Positions 47,710 to 57,136 of a DNA stretch of 64,000 nt are shown here, one piece after another. The notes under the pieces are model-generated. The model worked only from the letters and a program-made list of their open reading frames with translations, searched no databases and had not been told where the DNA came from. A program made the position numbers and the translations under genes. The stretch lies in NCBI RefSeq assembly GCF_039524015.1, contig NZ_BAAAGF010000001.1, positions 551,280 to 615,279 of the forward strand, in the 5' to 3' direction. The stretch's first letter is position 1; every line of letters begins with the position of its first letter. Source of the DNA: Gaetbulibacter jejuensis (GTDB lineage: Bacteria; Bacteroidota; Bacteroidia; Flavobacteriales; Flavobacteriaceae).

Positions 47710-48594
47710 TGCTTTAGGCTTTTTGGTTACCAAATACACTCCAGTAAAAATTAGAGCAGCAGCTAATATTTTTACAGTATTTACAGTATCGCTTCCCATT
47801 AGTATTGCAAAAATACCAGCAATTACAGGTTGTATGTACAAAAATGTGCTTACTGTTGATGCTCTCAGTTTTGTTAGTGCTAACGGATTTAAAAGATATG
47901 TACCAAAAGTTGCGCCTACAATAACAAATAGTATTGAGAAATAGATGTATGGCGTAAATGTATTTAGGTCAACACTTAATACTTCATTATACCCAAAAGG
48001 TAACACCAAAATAAAACCAAATAAAAACAACCATTTTATAAATGTAAACGGATGGTATTTATTGGTGAGTTTTTTAATGATTATTAAGTAAATACTATAA
48101 GACACAGCATTAATAAATACTAAAAAGTTACCTAGCAAAATATTGTCTCCAACAACTTTTGACCGTCCATAAACCGATAGCACAATAGCTCCAGCAAACC
48201 CAAGTATAACACCTAAAATTTTAAGAGAGGTTAATTTTTCGTTAAGTAAGAAAGAAGACAGCACCAAAACCACAATAGGCACAACAGTCATAATCACTGA
48301 TGCATGTATAGGTGTTGTAAATTCTAAGCCTTTAAAAAAGGTAAGCATATTAAGAGCAATACCAAAAATAGAGGCAAAGAAGAAGGTTAAAAAGTCCTTT
48401 TTATCAATTTTTTCTTTAGGAGCGAAGATGCTAAAAATCCAAAAAAGCACAGCAGCTCCTAGCACTCTAAGTAAGATAAATCCAAACGGTTTTACATGTC
48501 CTTCATCAATAACATCATTAGCAAAGGTAAAGGTAAGACCATAAATAACTTGAACTATAAAAGCGGCTATCAAAGCCAAAATTCGGCTATTCAT
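47701..48594 (-). CDS. EamA/DMT superfamily transporter (10 TM, two EamA repeats)
   Basis: Polytopic; duplicated EamA-like halves; likely start MNSRILALI (48594), overlapping the upstream gene by 8 nt. Confidence 0.65.
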   Translation of the reverse strand: MNSRILALIAAFIVQVIYGLTFTFANDVIDEGHVKPFGFILLRVLGAAVLFWIFSIFAPKEKIDKKDFLTFFFASIFGIALNMLTFFKGLEFTTPIHASVIMTVVPIVVLVLSSFLLNEKLTSLKILGVILGFAGAIVLSVYGRSKVVGDNILLGNFLVFINAVSYSIYLIIIKKLTNKYHPFTFIKWLFLFGFILVLPFGYNEVLSVDLNTFTPYIYFSILFVIVGATFGTYLLNPLALTKLRASTVSTFLYIQPVIAGIFAILMGSDTVNTVKILAAALIFTGVYLVTKKPKASA

Positions 48595-48940
48595 GTATTG
48601 CTTTTTTTGCAGCCTCAACAGTTTTAGCGCTGTTGCCAATAAAAATCTGATTATTTGCAAGTATCACAGGTCTGCTTAAAAAGGTGTAATGCTCAAGGAT
48701 ATATTGTTTATAATCTTTTTCAGAAAGGTTCATGTCTTTTAAGCCCATCTCTTTATAAAGTTTTGCACGTTTGCTAAACAACGCTTCATAACTACCAGCT
48801 AGAGCTTTCATTTCGTCGAGTTGCTTAACAGTTATTTCTTCGGTTTTAATATCCTGTAAGATAAAATCTGAAGGTAGATTAAGCGTTTTTAAAATTCGCA
48901 CGCAAGTGCTACAAGTTTTTAGGTAGTAAACTTTATTCAT
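48587..48940 (-). CDS. ArsC/Spx/YffB family thioredoxin-fold protein
   Basis: N-terminal YYLKTCSTC motif, 117 aa. Confidence 0.7.
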   Translation of the reverse strand: MNKVYYLKTCSTCVRILKTLNLPSDFILQDIKTEEITVKQLDEMKALAGSYEALFSKRAKLYKEMGLKDMNLSEKDYKQYILEHYTFLSRPVILANNQIFIGNSAKTVEAAKKAIHE

Positions 48941-49014
48941 GAGTTAACAGTTTTACACTGCAAAGTAAACGGATTTGAAGCAAAAATTAATTACTTTTAA
49001 ATAAAATTTAAACT

Positions 49015-49470
49015 ATGGAATGGGATTTTGATATTACGTTAAAAAACAGAGCTGTTCTTAAAACCTTTATTGAGAACTACTCCTTTGAAGAGCTTAATAA
49101 AGTACCTAAAGGGTTTAAAAACAATATGATTTGGAATATAGCTCACACCATTGCTACTCAACAATTGTTGGTGTATAAGCTATCGGGTTTAACAATGATT
49201 GTTAACGATGATTTTGTTGAAGCGTTTAGAAAAGGTACAAAACCAGAACGCGATTTAACCCAAGCCGAAGTTGACGAAATAAAAGGATTACTTTTCTCAA
49301 CTATTGAAAAAACCAAGGAAGATTATAACAACAAAATCTTTCAAACCTTTAATGAATATACAGTAACCACAAAAAACAGGTTAACAAATGTCGAGGAAGC
49401 CATTGCCTTTAACAATTACCACGAAGGCTTGCATCTAGGTTATATTTTAGCGTTAAAGAAATCTATTTAA
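49015..49470 (+). CDS. DinB/YfiT-like four-helix-bundle metal-dependent protein
   Basis: Conserved His triad positions (…NIAHTI…, …YHEGLHLGY…); 151 aa. Confidence 0.5.
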   Translation: MEWDFDITLKNRAVLKTFIENYSFEELNKVPKGFKNNMIWNIAHTIATQQLLVYKLSGLTMIVNDDFVEAFRKGTKPERDLTQAEVDEIKGLLFSTIEKTKEDYNNKIFQTFNEYTVTTKNRLTNVEEAIAFNNYHEGLHLGYILALKKSI

Positions 49471-50220
49471 TTACTCTGAGAGTTTTAAGAACTCACTAAT
49501 TTCACTGTAAGGTATAGTAAACTCAGTAACACCTTGAGCATAAGCAGCTATTTCGTAGGTGTTGTATAAAAAGATGATGCCTTCATCGCTAAAACCAATA
49601 TTTTCAGGCATTTTAAAAAACTCGTCAAAAAAGTAATCGTCAGTATTTTGGTTTTTAGAGATGTTCAATTCTTTTTCAAGATAAGTTTCAACAAGCTCAG
49701 TAACTTTTGTAGGGTTATTAAAAATATCATCAAAACTGTATAATGCTCCAGTTTTAGGATTAAAATTCAATAAAGTAATAACACTATTTCCATGAGCTCC
49801 ACCAGTAAACGTGTAAGAGTCAATTGCAATGGTAATCACGTTTTCAGAGTTGTAAACTACTTCGCCACTTACATTTGCATCCCATTTAATTGAGCTGTCT
49901 TCAAATTCTTTTTTAAAATTTATATATCTGTTTTCAAAATCTTTAATTGAAGCGTCTAATGATAATTGTTCGGTATCATCTTCAAAAAAGGCTATGTTTT
50001 TTGAAATGGTTTGCTCTATTTCAGAATTTATTTTTGAAGCAATATCTGATTTGGATGTAACTTTTGGGTAGATAATTTCAATATTAACATGCTCATTGTT
50101 TTCAATAGCTGTTTCAGAAAATTCAACTGGAGTTACTTCATTTTTACAGCTGTAAAAGAGGGTGATTATTACTATAATTAGGCTAAGTTTTTTCACAGGG
50201 AAAAGGATTTTGTTAAACAT
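49471..50220 (-). CDS. Hypothetical lipoprotein (DUF3298/DUF4163-like RsiV-type architecture suspected)
   Basis: Lipobox (LFYSCKN); weak family assignment from length and pattern only. Confidence 0.35.
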   Translation of the reverse strand: MFNKILFPVKKLSLIIVIITLFYSCKNEVTPVEFSETAIENNEHVNIEIIYPKVTSKSDIASKINSEIEQTISKNIAFFEDDTEQLSLDASIKDFENRYINFKKEFEDSSIKWDANVSGEVVYNSENVITIAIDSYTFTGGAHGNSVITLLNFNPKTGALYSFDDIFNNPTKVTELVETYLEKELNISKNQNTDDYFFDEFFKMPENIGFSDEGIIFLYNTYEIAAYAQGVTEFTIPYSEISEFLKLSE

Positions 50221-50306
50221 ACTATAAAGGTATTACATAGATTTGAATACAACGAATTAAAGGTTAAATTTGTTGTAATTATAAAAACAGAAAGACATTC
50301 AGTACT

Positions 50307-51446
50307 ATGAAATTTAATACTAAAACAATACATGGAGGTCAAGAACACGACCCTGCTTATGGTTCGGTTATGCCTCCAATTTATCAAACATCTACTTACG
50401 CACAATCTACTCCTGGAGGACACAAAGGATATGAATATTCAAGAACTCATAACCCAACACGTAATGCGCTTGAGAATGCTTTTGCAAGTATAGAAAATGG
50501 AAATCATGGGTTAGCATTTGGGTCTGGTTTGGCAGCTATTGATGCAGTAATTAAGCTTTTAAATCCTGGAGATGAAGTTATCTCAACTAACGATTTGTAT
50601 GGCGGAAGTTATAGATTGTTTACAAGTGTTTTTGAACGCTTTGGAATAAAATTTCATTTTGTAGGAATGGAAAATGCGTCTAGCATTGAAAGCTACGTAA
50701 ATGAAAATACAAAGCTTATTTGGGTTGAAACACCTACTAACCCAATGATGAATATTATTGATATTAAAGCAGTATCAGCAATTGCTAAAAAGCACAATTT
50801 GCTATTAGCAGTTGATAATACTTTTGCTACACCATATTTACAACAACCTTTAGACTTAGGAGCTGATGTTGTAATGCATTCGGCAACTAAATATCTTGGT
50901 GGACATAGCGATGTTGTTATGGGAGCATTAGTTGTAAAAGATAAAGCGCTTGCCGAAAAACTGTATTTTATACAAAATGCAAGTGGAGCAGTTTGTGGTC
51001 CTCAAGATAGCTTTTTGGTGTTAAGAGGTATAAAAACATTACATGTACGTATGCAACGTCATTGCGAAAATGGTAAAGCAGTTGCTGAGTTTTTAGCAAA
51101 TCATCCTAAAATTGAAAATGTATATTGGCCTGGGTTTACGAGTCATCCAAACCACGAAGTTGCAAAGTCGCAAATGAAGGATTTTGGAGGAATGGTATCG
51201 TTTACCACAAAAGGGAATAATTATGAAGAAGCTATAAAAATTGTTGAGAAATTAAAGGTGTTTACACTTGCTGAGTCTTTAGGAGGTGTAGAATCTTTAG
51301 CTGGACATCCAGCAAGTATGACACATGCTAGTATACCAAAAGAAGAGCGCGAAAAAACAGGAGTAGTTGATTCGTTAATTAGGCTTAGCGTTGGTATTGA
51401 AGACGAAGCCGATTTAATTGCCGATTTAGAACAGGCTATAGGATAG
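50307..51446 (+). CDS. PLP-dependent trans-sulfuration enzyme (cystathionine gamma-synthase/gamma-lyase/beta-lyase family)
   Basis: Cys/Met-metabolism PLP fold; PLP-lysine region SATKYLGGHSD, N-terminal YSRTHNPT motif; 379 aa. Confidence 0.8.
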   Translation: MKFNTKTIHGGQEHDPAYGSVMPPIYQTSTYAQSTPGGHKGYEYSRTHNPTRNALENAFASIENGNHGLAFGSGLAAIDAVIKLLNPGDEVISTNDLYGGSYRLFTSVFERFGIKFHFVGMENASSIESYVNENTKLIWVETPTNPMMNIIDIKAVSAIAKKHNLLLAVDNTFATPYLQQPLDLGADVVMHSATKYLGGHSDVVMGALVVKDKALAEKLYFIQNASGAVCGPQDSFLVLRGIKTLHVRMQRHCENGKAVAEFLANHPKIENVYWPGFTSHPNHEVAKSQMKDFGGMVSFTTKGNNYEEAIKIVEKLKVFTLAESLGGVESLAGHPASMTHASIPKEEREKTGVVDSLIRLSVGIEDEADLIADLEQAIG

Positions 51447-51465
51447 TTTGAACTTTCAAGAATAA

Positions 51466-51503
51466 TAAAAAAAGACCAACAATTTTGTTGGTCTTTTTTT
51501 ATT
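51466..51503. terminator. Bidirectional intrinsic terminator (agaccaaca … tgttggtct)
   Basis: A7, 9-bp stem, T7. Confidence 0.7.
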
Positions 51504-51518
51504 ATATATCTTAAAATA

Positions 51519-52325
51519 TTAATCTAAGTAGTAAATGTACCCAAAGTTTAACCACACCAACCAGTCGTTGTACTTGTTATATTCTAGTTTGTGGTCTAAA
51601 CCGTCAATCCAATCACTAAAATAGTATTGCCAACGAAGGTCTAGCATTAAATCGGATAATTCGGTTAATTTATATCTAACACCAACACTAGTTACTACAG
51701 ACCACGCATTGACTTTATCTAAATTAATTGGATATTCAGTATCAGTTGCAGGATCAAACCAATAGGAATAAATGTTGTTTTGGTTAAAGATGTTTCCGTC
51801 ACCATAATCAGTACTTCCTTGTGGACTAGATGAGGTATAATGCGCTCCTAAACTTATAAAGGGAGCAAACCTATAACTAAACGCTTGAAACGAACGAATA
51901 CTCAATGGGAAATATTCTAACTGCATACCAACATCAAAATTTTCAGCCACACCACGTTGCGCTCTTAATCTATCAGCATTATCACTAACATTATCAGGTC
52001 CTACCCATTCACCATGATGTTGTAGGTTGGTTTTATTCCAAGATATTTCACTACGAAGTTTAAAGTGATCGTTAAAGTAGGTGTCAGTAGAGTAGCAGTT
52101 ACAGTCTGCTCTGTAAGCAAAATTGATGTAGTGAACTATACCAATACCAATACCTGAGTTTCCAAAATTGGTTTCTTCTTCGTTTCTACTACCAAAATCT
52201 GATCTAAATTGAACTGGTCCAACTATAGCACCAATTTCGTGGGAAAAACCTAGTTGAGAAAACACATTATTTACATTTGCAAGAAGAACAAATATAATGG
52301 TTAACTGTTTCAAATTAAGCGCCAT
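51519..52325 (-). CDS. Hypothetical secreted protein, likely outer-membrane beta-barrel
   Basis: Signal peptide; alternating aromatic/hydrophobic beta pattern; C-terminal aromatic-rich end (…FGYIYYLD). Confidence 0.4.
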   Translation of the reverse strand: MALNLKQLTIIFVLLANVNNVFSQLGFSHEIGAIVGPVQFRSDFGSRNEEETNFGNSGIGIGIVHYINFAYRADCNCYSTDTYFNDHFKLRSEISWNKTNLQHHGEWVGPDNVSDNADRLRAQRGVAENFDVGMQLEYFPLSIRSFQAFSYRFAPFISLGAHYTSSSPQGSTDYGDGNIFNQNNIYSYWFDPATDTEYPINLDKVNAWSVVTSVGVRYKLTELSDLMLDLRWQYYFSDWIDGLDHKLEYNKYNDWLVWLNFGYIYYLD

Positions 52326-52550
52326 ATGGTTTCTTTTAGTGAGGGCATAGATATCAACAAATATATAAAAACTGCTTTAACTACCAAATAATTAGTGTTT
52401 AAGCTATAATTATAATTTAAACGTTCTGATTTATAAGATTGTTACTCACATATTATTTTTTTGAGAATAATAAAAAAATAAGTTGTATTTTTTAGAGATA
52501 ACGTATCTTTGTGCCTTGAAATTATCAATGCATTATTAAATAAATATATA

Positions 52551-53894
52551 ATGAAAGAAAAAATTGAAGCTTTTTTAGACCTTGTAAAAGAAAGAAATGG
52601 TCAAGAACCTGAGTTTTTACAAGCAGTAGAAGAAGTAGCTGAAACAGTTATTCCTTATATTGCTAAACACGATATTTATCATGGAAAAAACATTCTATTA
52701 AGAATGGTTGAGCCAGAAAGAGTGGTGACTTTTAGAGTGTGTTGGGTAGATGATTCTGGTGAAATACAAGTAAATAGAGGTTATAGAATTCAAATGAACT
52801 CTGCAATTGGTCCTTACAAAGGAGGATTACGTTTTCATCCATCAGTAAATATGAGTATTCTTAAGTTTTTGGCTTTTGAACAAGTATTTAAAAACAGTTT
52901 AACAACTCTGCCAATGGGTGGAGGTAAAGGAGGAAGTGATTTTGATCCTAAAGGTAAAAGTGACAACGAAATTATGCGTTTTTGTCATTCTTTTATGAGT
53001 GAATTATTCCGTCATATTGGACCTCAAACAGATGTTCCTGCAGGAGATATTGGAGTAGGTGCTAGAGAAATAGGATTCCTTTTTGGAATGTATAAAAAAT
53101 TAAGAAACGAGTTTACTGGAGTTTTAACAGGAAAAGGAATGTCTTGGGGTGGTTCATTAATTAGACCAGAAGCAACAGGTTACGGTAATGTTTACTTTGC
53201 TCAAAGTATGCTTAAAACCAAAGGAGATGATTTTAATGGAAAAACAGTAGTAGTTTCTGGATCTGGTAATGTGGCACAATATGCTGCTGAAAAGGCAACT
53301 CAATTAGGAGGAAAAGTAGTGACATTATCAGATTCTTCAGGTTACATTTATGATGAAGAAGGTATCGATGCTTCTAAATTAGCGTTTGTAATGGAGCTTA
53401 AAAATGTAAAAAGAGGAAGAATTAGTGAGTATGTTGAGAAATATCCTAACGCTAAATTCTTTAAAGGTGAAACGCCATGGAATGTAAAATGTGATGTTGC
53501 TTTACCTTGTGCAACACAAAATGAACTTAATGGAGATGATGCTAAAGCATTATTAAATAACGGTTGCATTTGTGTAAGTGAAGGTGCTAACATGCCATCA
53601 ACTAAAGAGGCGATTGCAGAATTCCATAAAGCTAAAATATTGTTTGCTCCAGGAAAAGCATCTAACGCAGGAGGTGTTGCAACTTCTGGTTTAGAGATGA
53701 CTCAAAACTCGTTACGTTACAACTGGACGAGAGATGAAGTAGACAATAAGTTAAAAGAAATTATGGCTAATATACATGAAGCATGTATTGAGTATGGTAA
53801 AGATGAAGATGGTTATGTTGACTATGTTAGAGGAGCGAACATTGCAGGTTTTGTAAAAGTTGCTGATGCTATGCTAGCTCAAGGAGTAGTGTAA
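52551..53894 (+). CDS. gdhA: NADP-specific glutamate dehydrogenase
   Basis: GDH catalytic Lys region (…KGGLRFHPSVN…), dinucleotide-binding GSGNVAQYAAEK; likely start MKEKIEAFLD (52551), inside the ORF track start 52509. Confidence 0.85.
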   Translation: MKEKIEAFLDLVKERNGQEPEFLQAVEEVAETVIPYIAKHDIYHGKNILLRMVEPERVVTFRVCWVDDSGEIQVNRGYRIQMNSAIGPYKGGLRFHPSVNMSILKFLAFEQVFKNSLTTLPMGGGKGGSDFDPKGKSDNEIMRFCHSFMSELFRHIGPQTDVPAGDIGVGAREIGFLFGMYKKLRNEFTGVLTGKGMSWGGSLIRPEATGYGNVYFAQSMLKTKGDDFNGKTVVVSGSGNVAQYAAEKATQLGGKVVTLSDSSGYIYDEEGIDASKLAFVMELKNVKRGRISEYVEKYPNAKFFKGETPWNVKCDVALPCATQNELNGDDAKALLNNGCICVSEGANMPSTKEAIAEFHKAKILFAPGKASNAGGVATSGLEMTQNSLRYNWTRDEVDNKLKEIMANIHEACIEYGKDEDGYVDYVRGANIAGFVKVADAMLAQGVV

Positions 53895-53916
53895 AAATTT
53901 TAAAAATATATTATTA

Positions 53917-53946
53917 AAAGCTCTCAATTTGAGAGCTTTTTTGTTT
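53917..53946. terminator. Intrinsic terminator (aaagctctcaa/ttgagagcttt plus T-run) after gdhA
   Basis: Perfect palindrome followed by T5. Confidence 0.7.
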
Positions 53947-54011
53947 ACAAATTATATTAATATTTAAAATTTGTCGTTTGTAATAAATATATTTGAAACT
54001 TAATTTAAAAT

Positions 54012-56375
54012 ATGTTGAAACAAATACTCACATTTTTTATTTCATTTATTACTATCTCAGGCTTTTCGCAAGATTATTCTACTTTATGGGAGCAACATTT
54101 TTCATATTATGAGATTAAAGATGTTGATCAAGGAGATAACAAGATTTTTGCTGCATCTGAAAATGCAATATTCACTTATGATTTATTAACAGCTGAGATT
54201 GATAACATTACAACCGTAAATGGATTATCTGGGGATAATATTACTACCATACATTACAGTGATGTTTATGATATATTATTAATTGGTTATGAAAATGGGT
54301 TGATAGAAGCTGTATTTAATGATAAGAGTGTTTTGTCGGTAGTAGATATATTAGAAAAGGAAACACTGTCTCCTGATGTGAAAAAGATAAATCATTTCAA
54401 CGAATATGAAGGCTTAGTTTATATATCTACTGATTATGGTATTTCAGTATACGACTTAGAAAGACTTGAGTTTGGAGATACTTATTTTATGGGAAATGGT
54501 GGAAGTCAAATTATAGTTAATCAAACCACAATATTTGATGGTAATATTTATGCTGCATGTAGTAGCGGAAATGCTATAAAAAAGGCTAATTTAACAAATC
54601 CCAATTTAGTAGATTATCTTCAATGGCAAACTATTAGTGTTGGTAATTTTATAACAATACAGTCAGTAAATGATAAATTATATACTGTTAGGTTGAATAG
54701 GGTTGCATATGAGATGATAGATGATGCTTTAATTCAATTAAATACTTATGCTGATTTACCATTAGACACTAAAGTTGTTGATGAATATTTAATTATCACT
54801 AGCAGATATGATGTTTTTATTTATGATAGTGATTATAATTTATTGCTTAATATAACAACTAATGATGAATATGATACTTTATTTTCATCGGCAACATTAG
54901 TTAACAATAATATTTATATAGGCACAAGTAGTTTTGGAGTTTTAAAAACCACTTTTGAAAACCCTACGGAGTTTGACGTCATTAGGCCTGAAGGTCCTTT
55001 AAATAATAATGCTTTTAGAATCCAAGCAGGGAATGGTGATTTGTGGGTGACTTTTGGTGACTATACTTTGTCATATAACCCTGCTCCAGTAAGAAGATAT
55101 GGCATAAGCCATTTAGTTGATGATTCATGGAGAAATATACCTTTTGATAGTTTGTTAGGAGCAAGAAACTTAAATTATATTGCAATCAATCCATTTAATA
55201 CAGATCAAGTTTTTATTAGTTCTTATCAAGATGGTATATTAGAAATAAACAATGGAGAGGTAAGTACTTTGCTAGATAATACAAATAGTGGATTAGAATC
55301 ACTAGTGGTTCCTAACAATCCTAATGCATATAGTATTAGGCAGAGTGGTTCTGTGTTTGATAGATCTGGTGTTATGTGGACGATGACAAGTAGAGTCGAT
55401 AGACCACTTAAATCTTTCAACCCTAGTTCGGGTCAATGGCAATCATTTAGTTTTGAAGAAATTATTCCAGATGGTTTAAATGATGAGGCTGGATTTAGTG
55501 ATGTTGTTGTTGATGGAAATGGGACAAAGTGGACGGGAGGTTTTTTTAATGGACTCATTGGGTTTAATGAAAATGGTAATTTAATTAGACAAGTTGATGG
55601 TTTAGAGAATAATATGCCTTCTGAAATAGTTAGGGCTTTAGCAATAGATTCAAGGAATCAATTATGGATTGGTACATTTAAGGGCTTAAGAGTGTTGTAT
55701 AATACTTCTGGTTTTTTTGAGGATCCAGACCCATCTGTTAGTGAGATAGTTATTTTAGAAGACGGTATTCCTCAAGAGTTATTGTCCAACCAGTTTATTT
55801 CTGATATAAAGGTAGATGGTTCTGATAATAAGTGGGTAGGAACTTTAACTTCAGGAGTTTTTTACTTTTCTCCTGATGGGCAAGAAACTATTTATCATTT
55901 CACAAAAGACAATTCACCATTACCTTCAAATACAATAAACGATATTTCAATAGATGACAAAGACGGTAGAGTTTATATTGCAACAGAGAAAGGAATGGTT
56001 TCTTTTCTTTCTGGAGGATCTAAGCCTGAAGATGAGTTAAAAAATGCCTTTGTGTATCCAAACCCTGTTAGGCCAGAACATGATCTTTTAGGGTATAATG
56101 ATTTAAATAATATTACAAAAGGAGTCAAAATAAAAGGGCTTACTGAAAATGTAAACGTAAAGATTACTGATATTGAGGGCAATTTGGTTGCCGAAGCTCA
56201 ATCTAACGTTAATCAAAGATCTTCTAACTATAATTTTGCTATTGATGGTGGAACAGGAGTGTGGAATGGTAAAAACCTAGCTAATAATGTTGTTGCAACA
56301 GGTGTGTATCTAATTATGATTTCCGATTTAGATTCTTTTGAAACAAAAGTTTTAAAGCTCCTCATTGTAAGATAA
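54012..56375 (+). CDS. T9SS-secreted protein with two-component-regulator-propeller-like repeats and C-terminal sorting domain (PorZ-like)
   Basis: Signal peptide; repeated W.GT..G(L) propeller motifs (…WIGTFKGL…, …WVGTLTSG…); C-terminal T9SS CTD (…VYPNPV…GVYLIMISD…KLLIVR). Confidence 0.6.
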   Translation: MLKQILTFFISFITISGFSQDYSTLWEQHFSYYEIKDVDQGDNKIFAASENAIFTYDLLTAEIDNITTVNGLSGDNITTIHYSDVYDILLIGYENGLIEAVFNDKSVLSVVDILEKETLSPDVKKINHFNEYEGLVYISTDYGISVYDLERLEFGDTYFMGNGGSQIIVNQTTIFDGNIYAACSSGNAIKKANLTNPNLVDYLQWQTISVGNFITIQSVNDKLYTVRLNRVAYEMIDDALIQLNTYADLPLDTKVVDEYLIITSRYDVFIYDSDYNLLLNITTNDEYDTLFSSATLVNNNIYIGTSSFGVLKTTFENPTEFDVIRPEGPLNNNAFRIQAGNGDLWVTFGDYTLSYNPAPVRRYGISHLVDDSWRNIPFDSLLGARNLNYIAINPFNTDQVFISSYQDGILEINNGEVSTLLDNTNSGLESLVVPNNPNAYSIRQSGSVFDRSGVMWTMTSRVDRPLKSFNPSSGQWQSFSFEEIIPDGLNDEAGFSDVVVDGNGTKWTGGFFNGLIGFNENGNLIRQVDGLENNMPSEIVRALAIDSRNQLWIGTFKGLRVLYNTSGFFEDPDPSVSEIVILEDGIPQELLSNQFISDIKVDGSDNKWVGTLTSGVFYFSPDGQETIYHFTKDNSPLPSNTINDISIDDKDGRVYIATEKGMVSFLSGGSKPEDELKNAFVYPNPVRPEHDLLGYNDLNNITKGVKIKGLTENVNVKITDIEGNLVAEAQSNVNQRSSNYNFAIDGGTGVWNGKNLANNVVATGVYLIMISDLDSFETKVLKLLIVR

Positions 56376-56391
56376 TCCAATTACACAGTTT

Positions 56392-57111
56392 ATGCTTATA
56401 AAAACTAATGTAATTGTTCTTTCAAAACTCAAATACAGAGATAACGATCTTATTGTAAAATGCTATACCAAGCATAGAGGTTTGGTGAGTTATATTTTAA
56501 GAGGTGTTCTCAAATCTAGAAAAGGTAGTGCTAAAACTGCCTATTTTCAACCGTTAACTCAGCTTCAAGTTGAAGAAAACTATCGACCTAATCAATCTCT
56601 TCAAACCCTTAAAGAAGTTAAACCTAAGTATGTTTACGAAAGTATAAATACCAATGTTTTAAAAGGGTCTGTTGCTATGTTTTTGTCAGAAGTGTTATCA
56701 AATACATTAAAAGAGGAGGAGAAAAATGATTTGTTGTTTGAATATTTAGAGACTACACTACTTTGGTTGGATAATGAAAGTAGTTTTTCAAACTTTCATC
56801 TATTATTTTTACTTAACTTAACAAAGCATTTAGGGTTTTATCCTCAACAGTCAAATATTGATAATAAATACTTTAACTTAAGCAGTGGAGAGTTTGAGGT
56901 AAACAAGACTAATATGTATTCCATTTCTGGAGAAAATTTAGCGCTCTTAAAACAGCTGTTAGGCATAAATTTTGATGCATTAAATACGATTAAATTAAAC
57001 TCAAAACAAAGGCAATCGTTTTTAAATATGATATTACTTTATTATGAGTTACACTTAGGAGATTTTAAAAAACCTAAATCGCTAACTGTTTTTAATCAAG
57101 TATTTAACTGA
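56392..57111 (+). CDS. recO: DNA repair protein RecO
   Basis: N-terminal OB fold (…IVLSKLKYRDNDLIVKCYTKHRGLVSY…), 239 aa. Confidence 0.75.
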   Translation: MLIKTNVIVLSKLKYRDNDLIVKCYTKHRGLVSYILRGVLKSRKGSAKTAYFQPLTQLQVEENYRPNQSLQTLKEVKPKYVYESINTNVLKGSVAMFLSEVLSNTLKEEEKNDLLFEYLETTLLWLDNESSFSNFHLLFLLNLTKHLGFYPQQSNIDNKYFNLSSGEFEVNKTNMYSISGENLALLKQLLGINFDALNTIKLNSKQRQSFLNMILLYYELHLGDFKKPKSLTVFNQVFN

Positions 57112-57136
57112 CTAAAACCAACAAAAAAAACGTACA

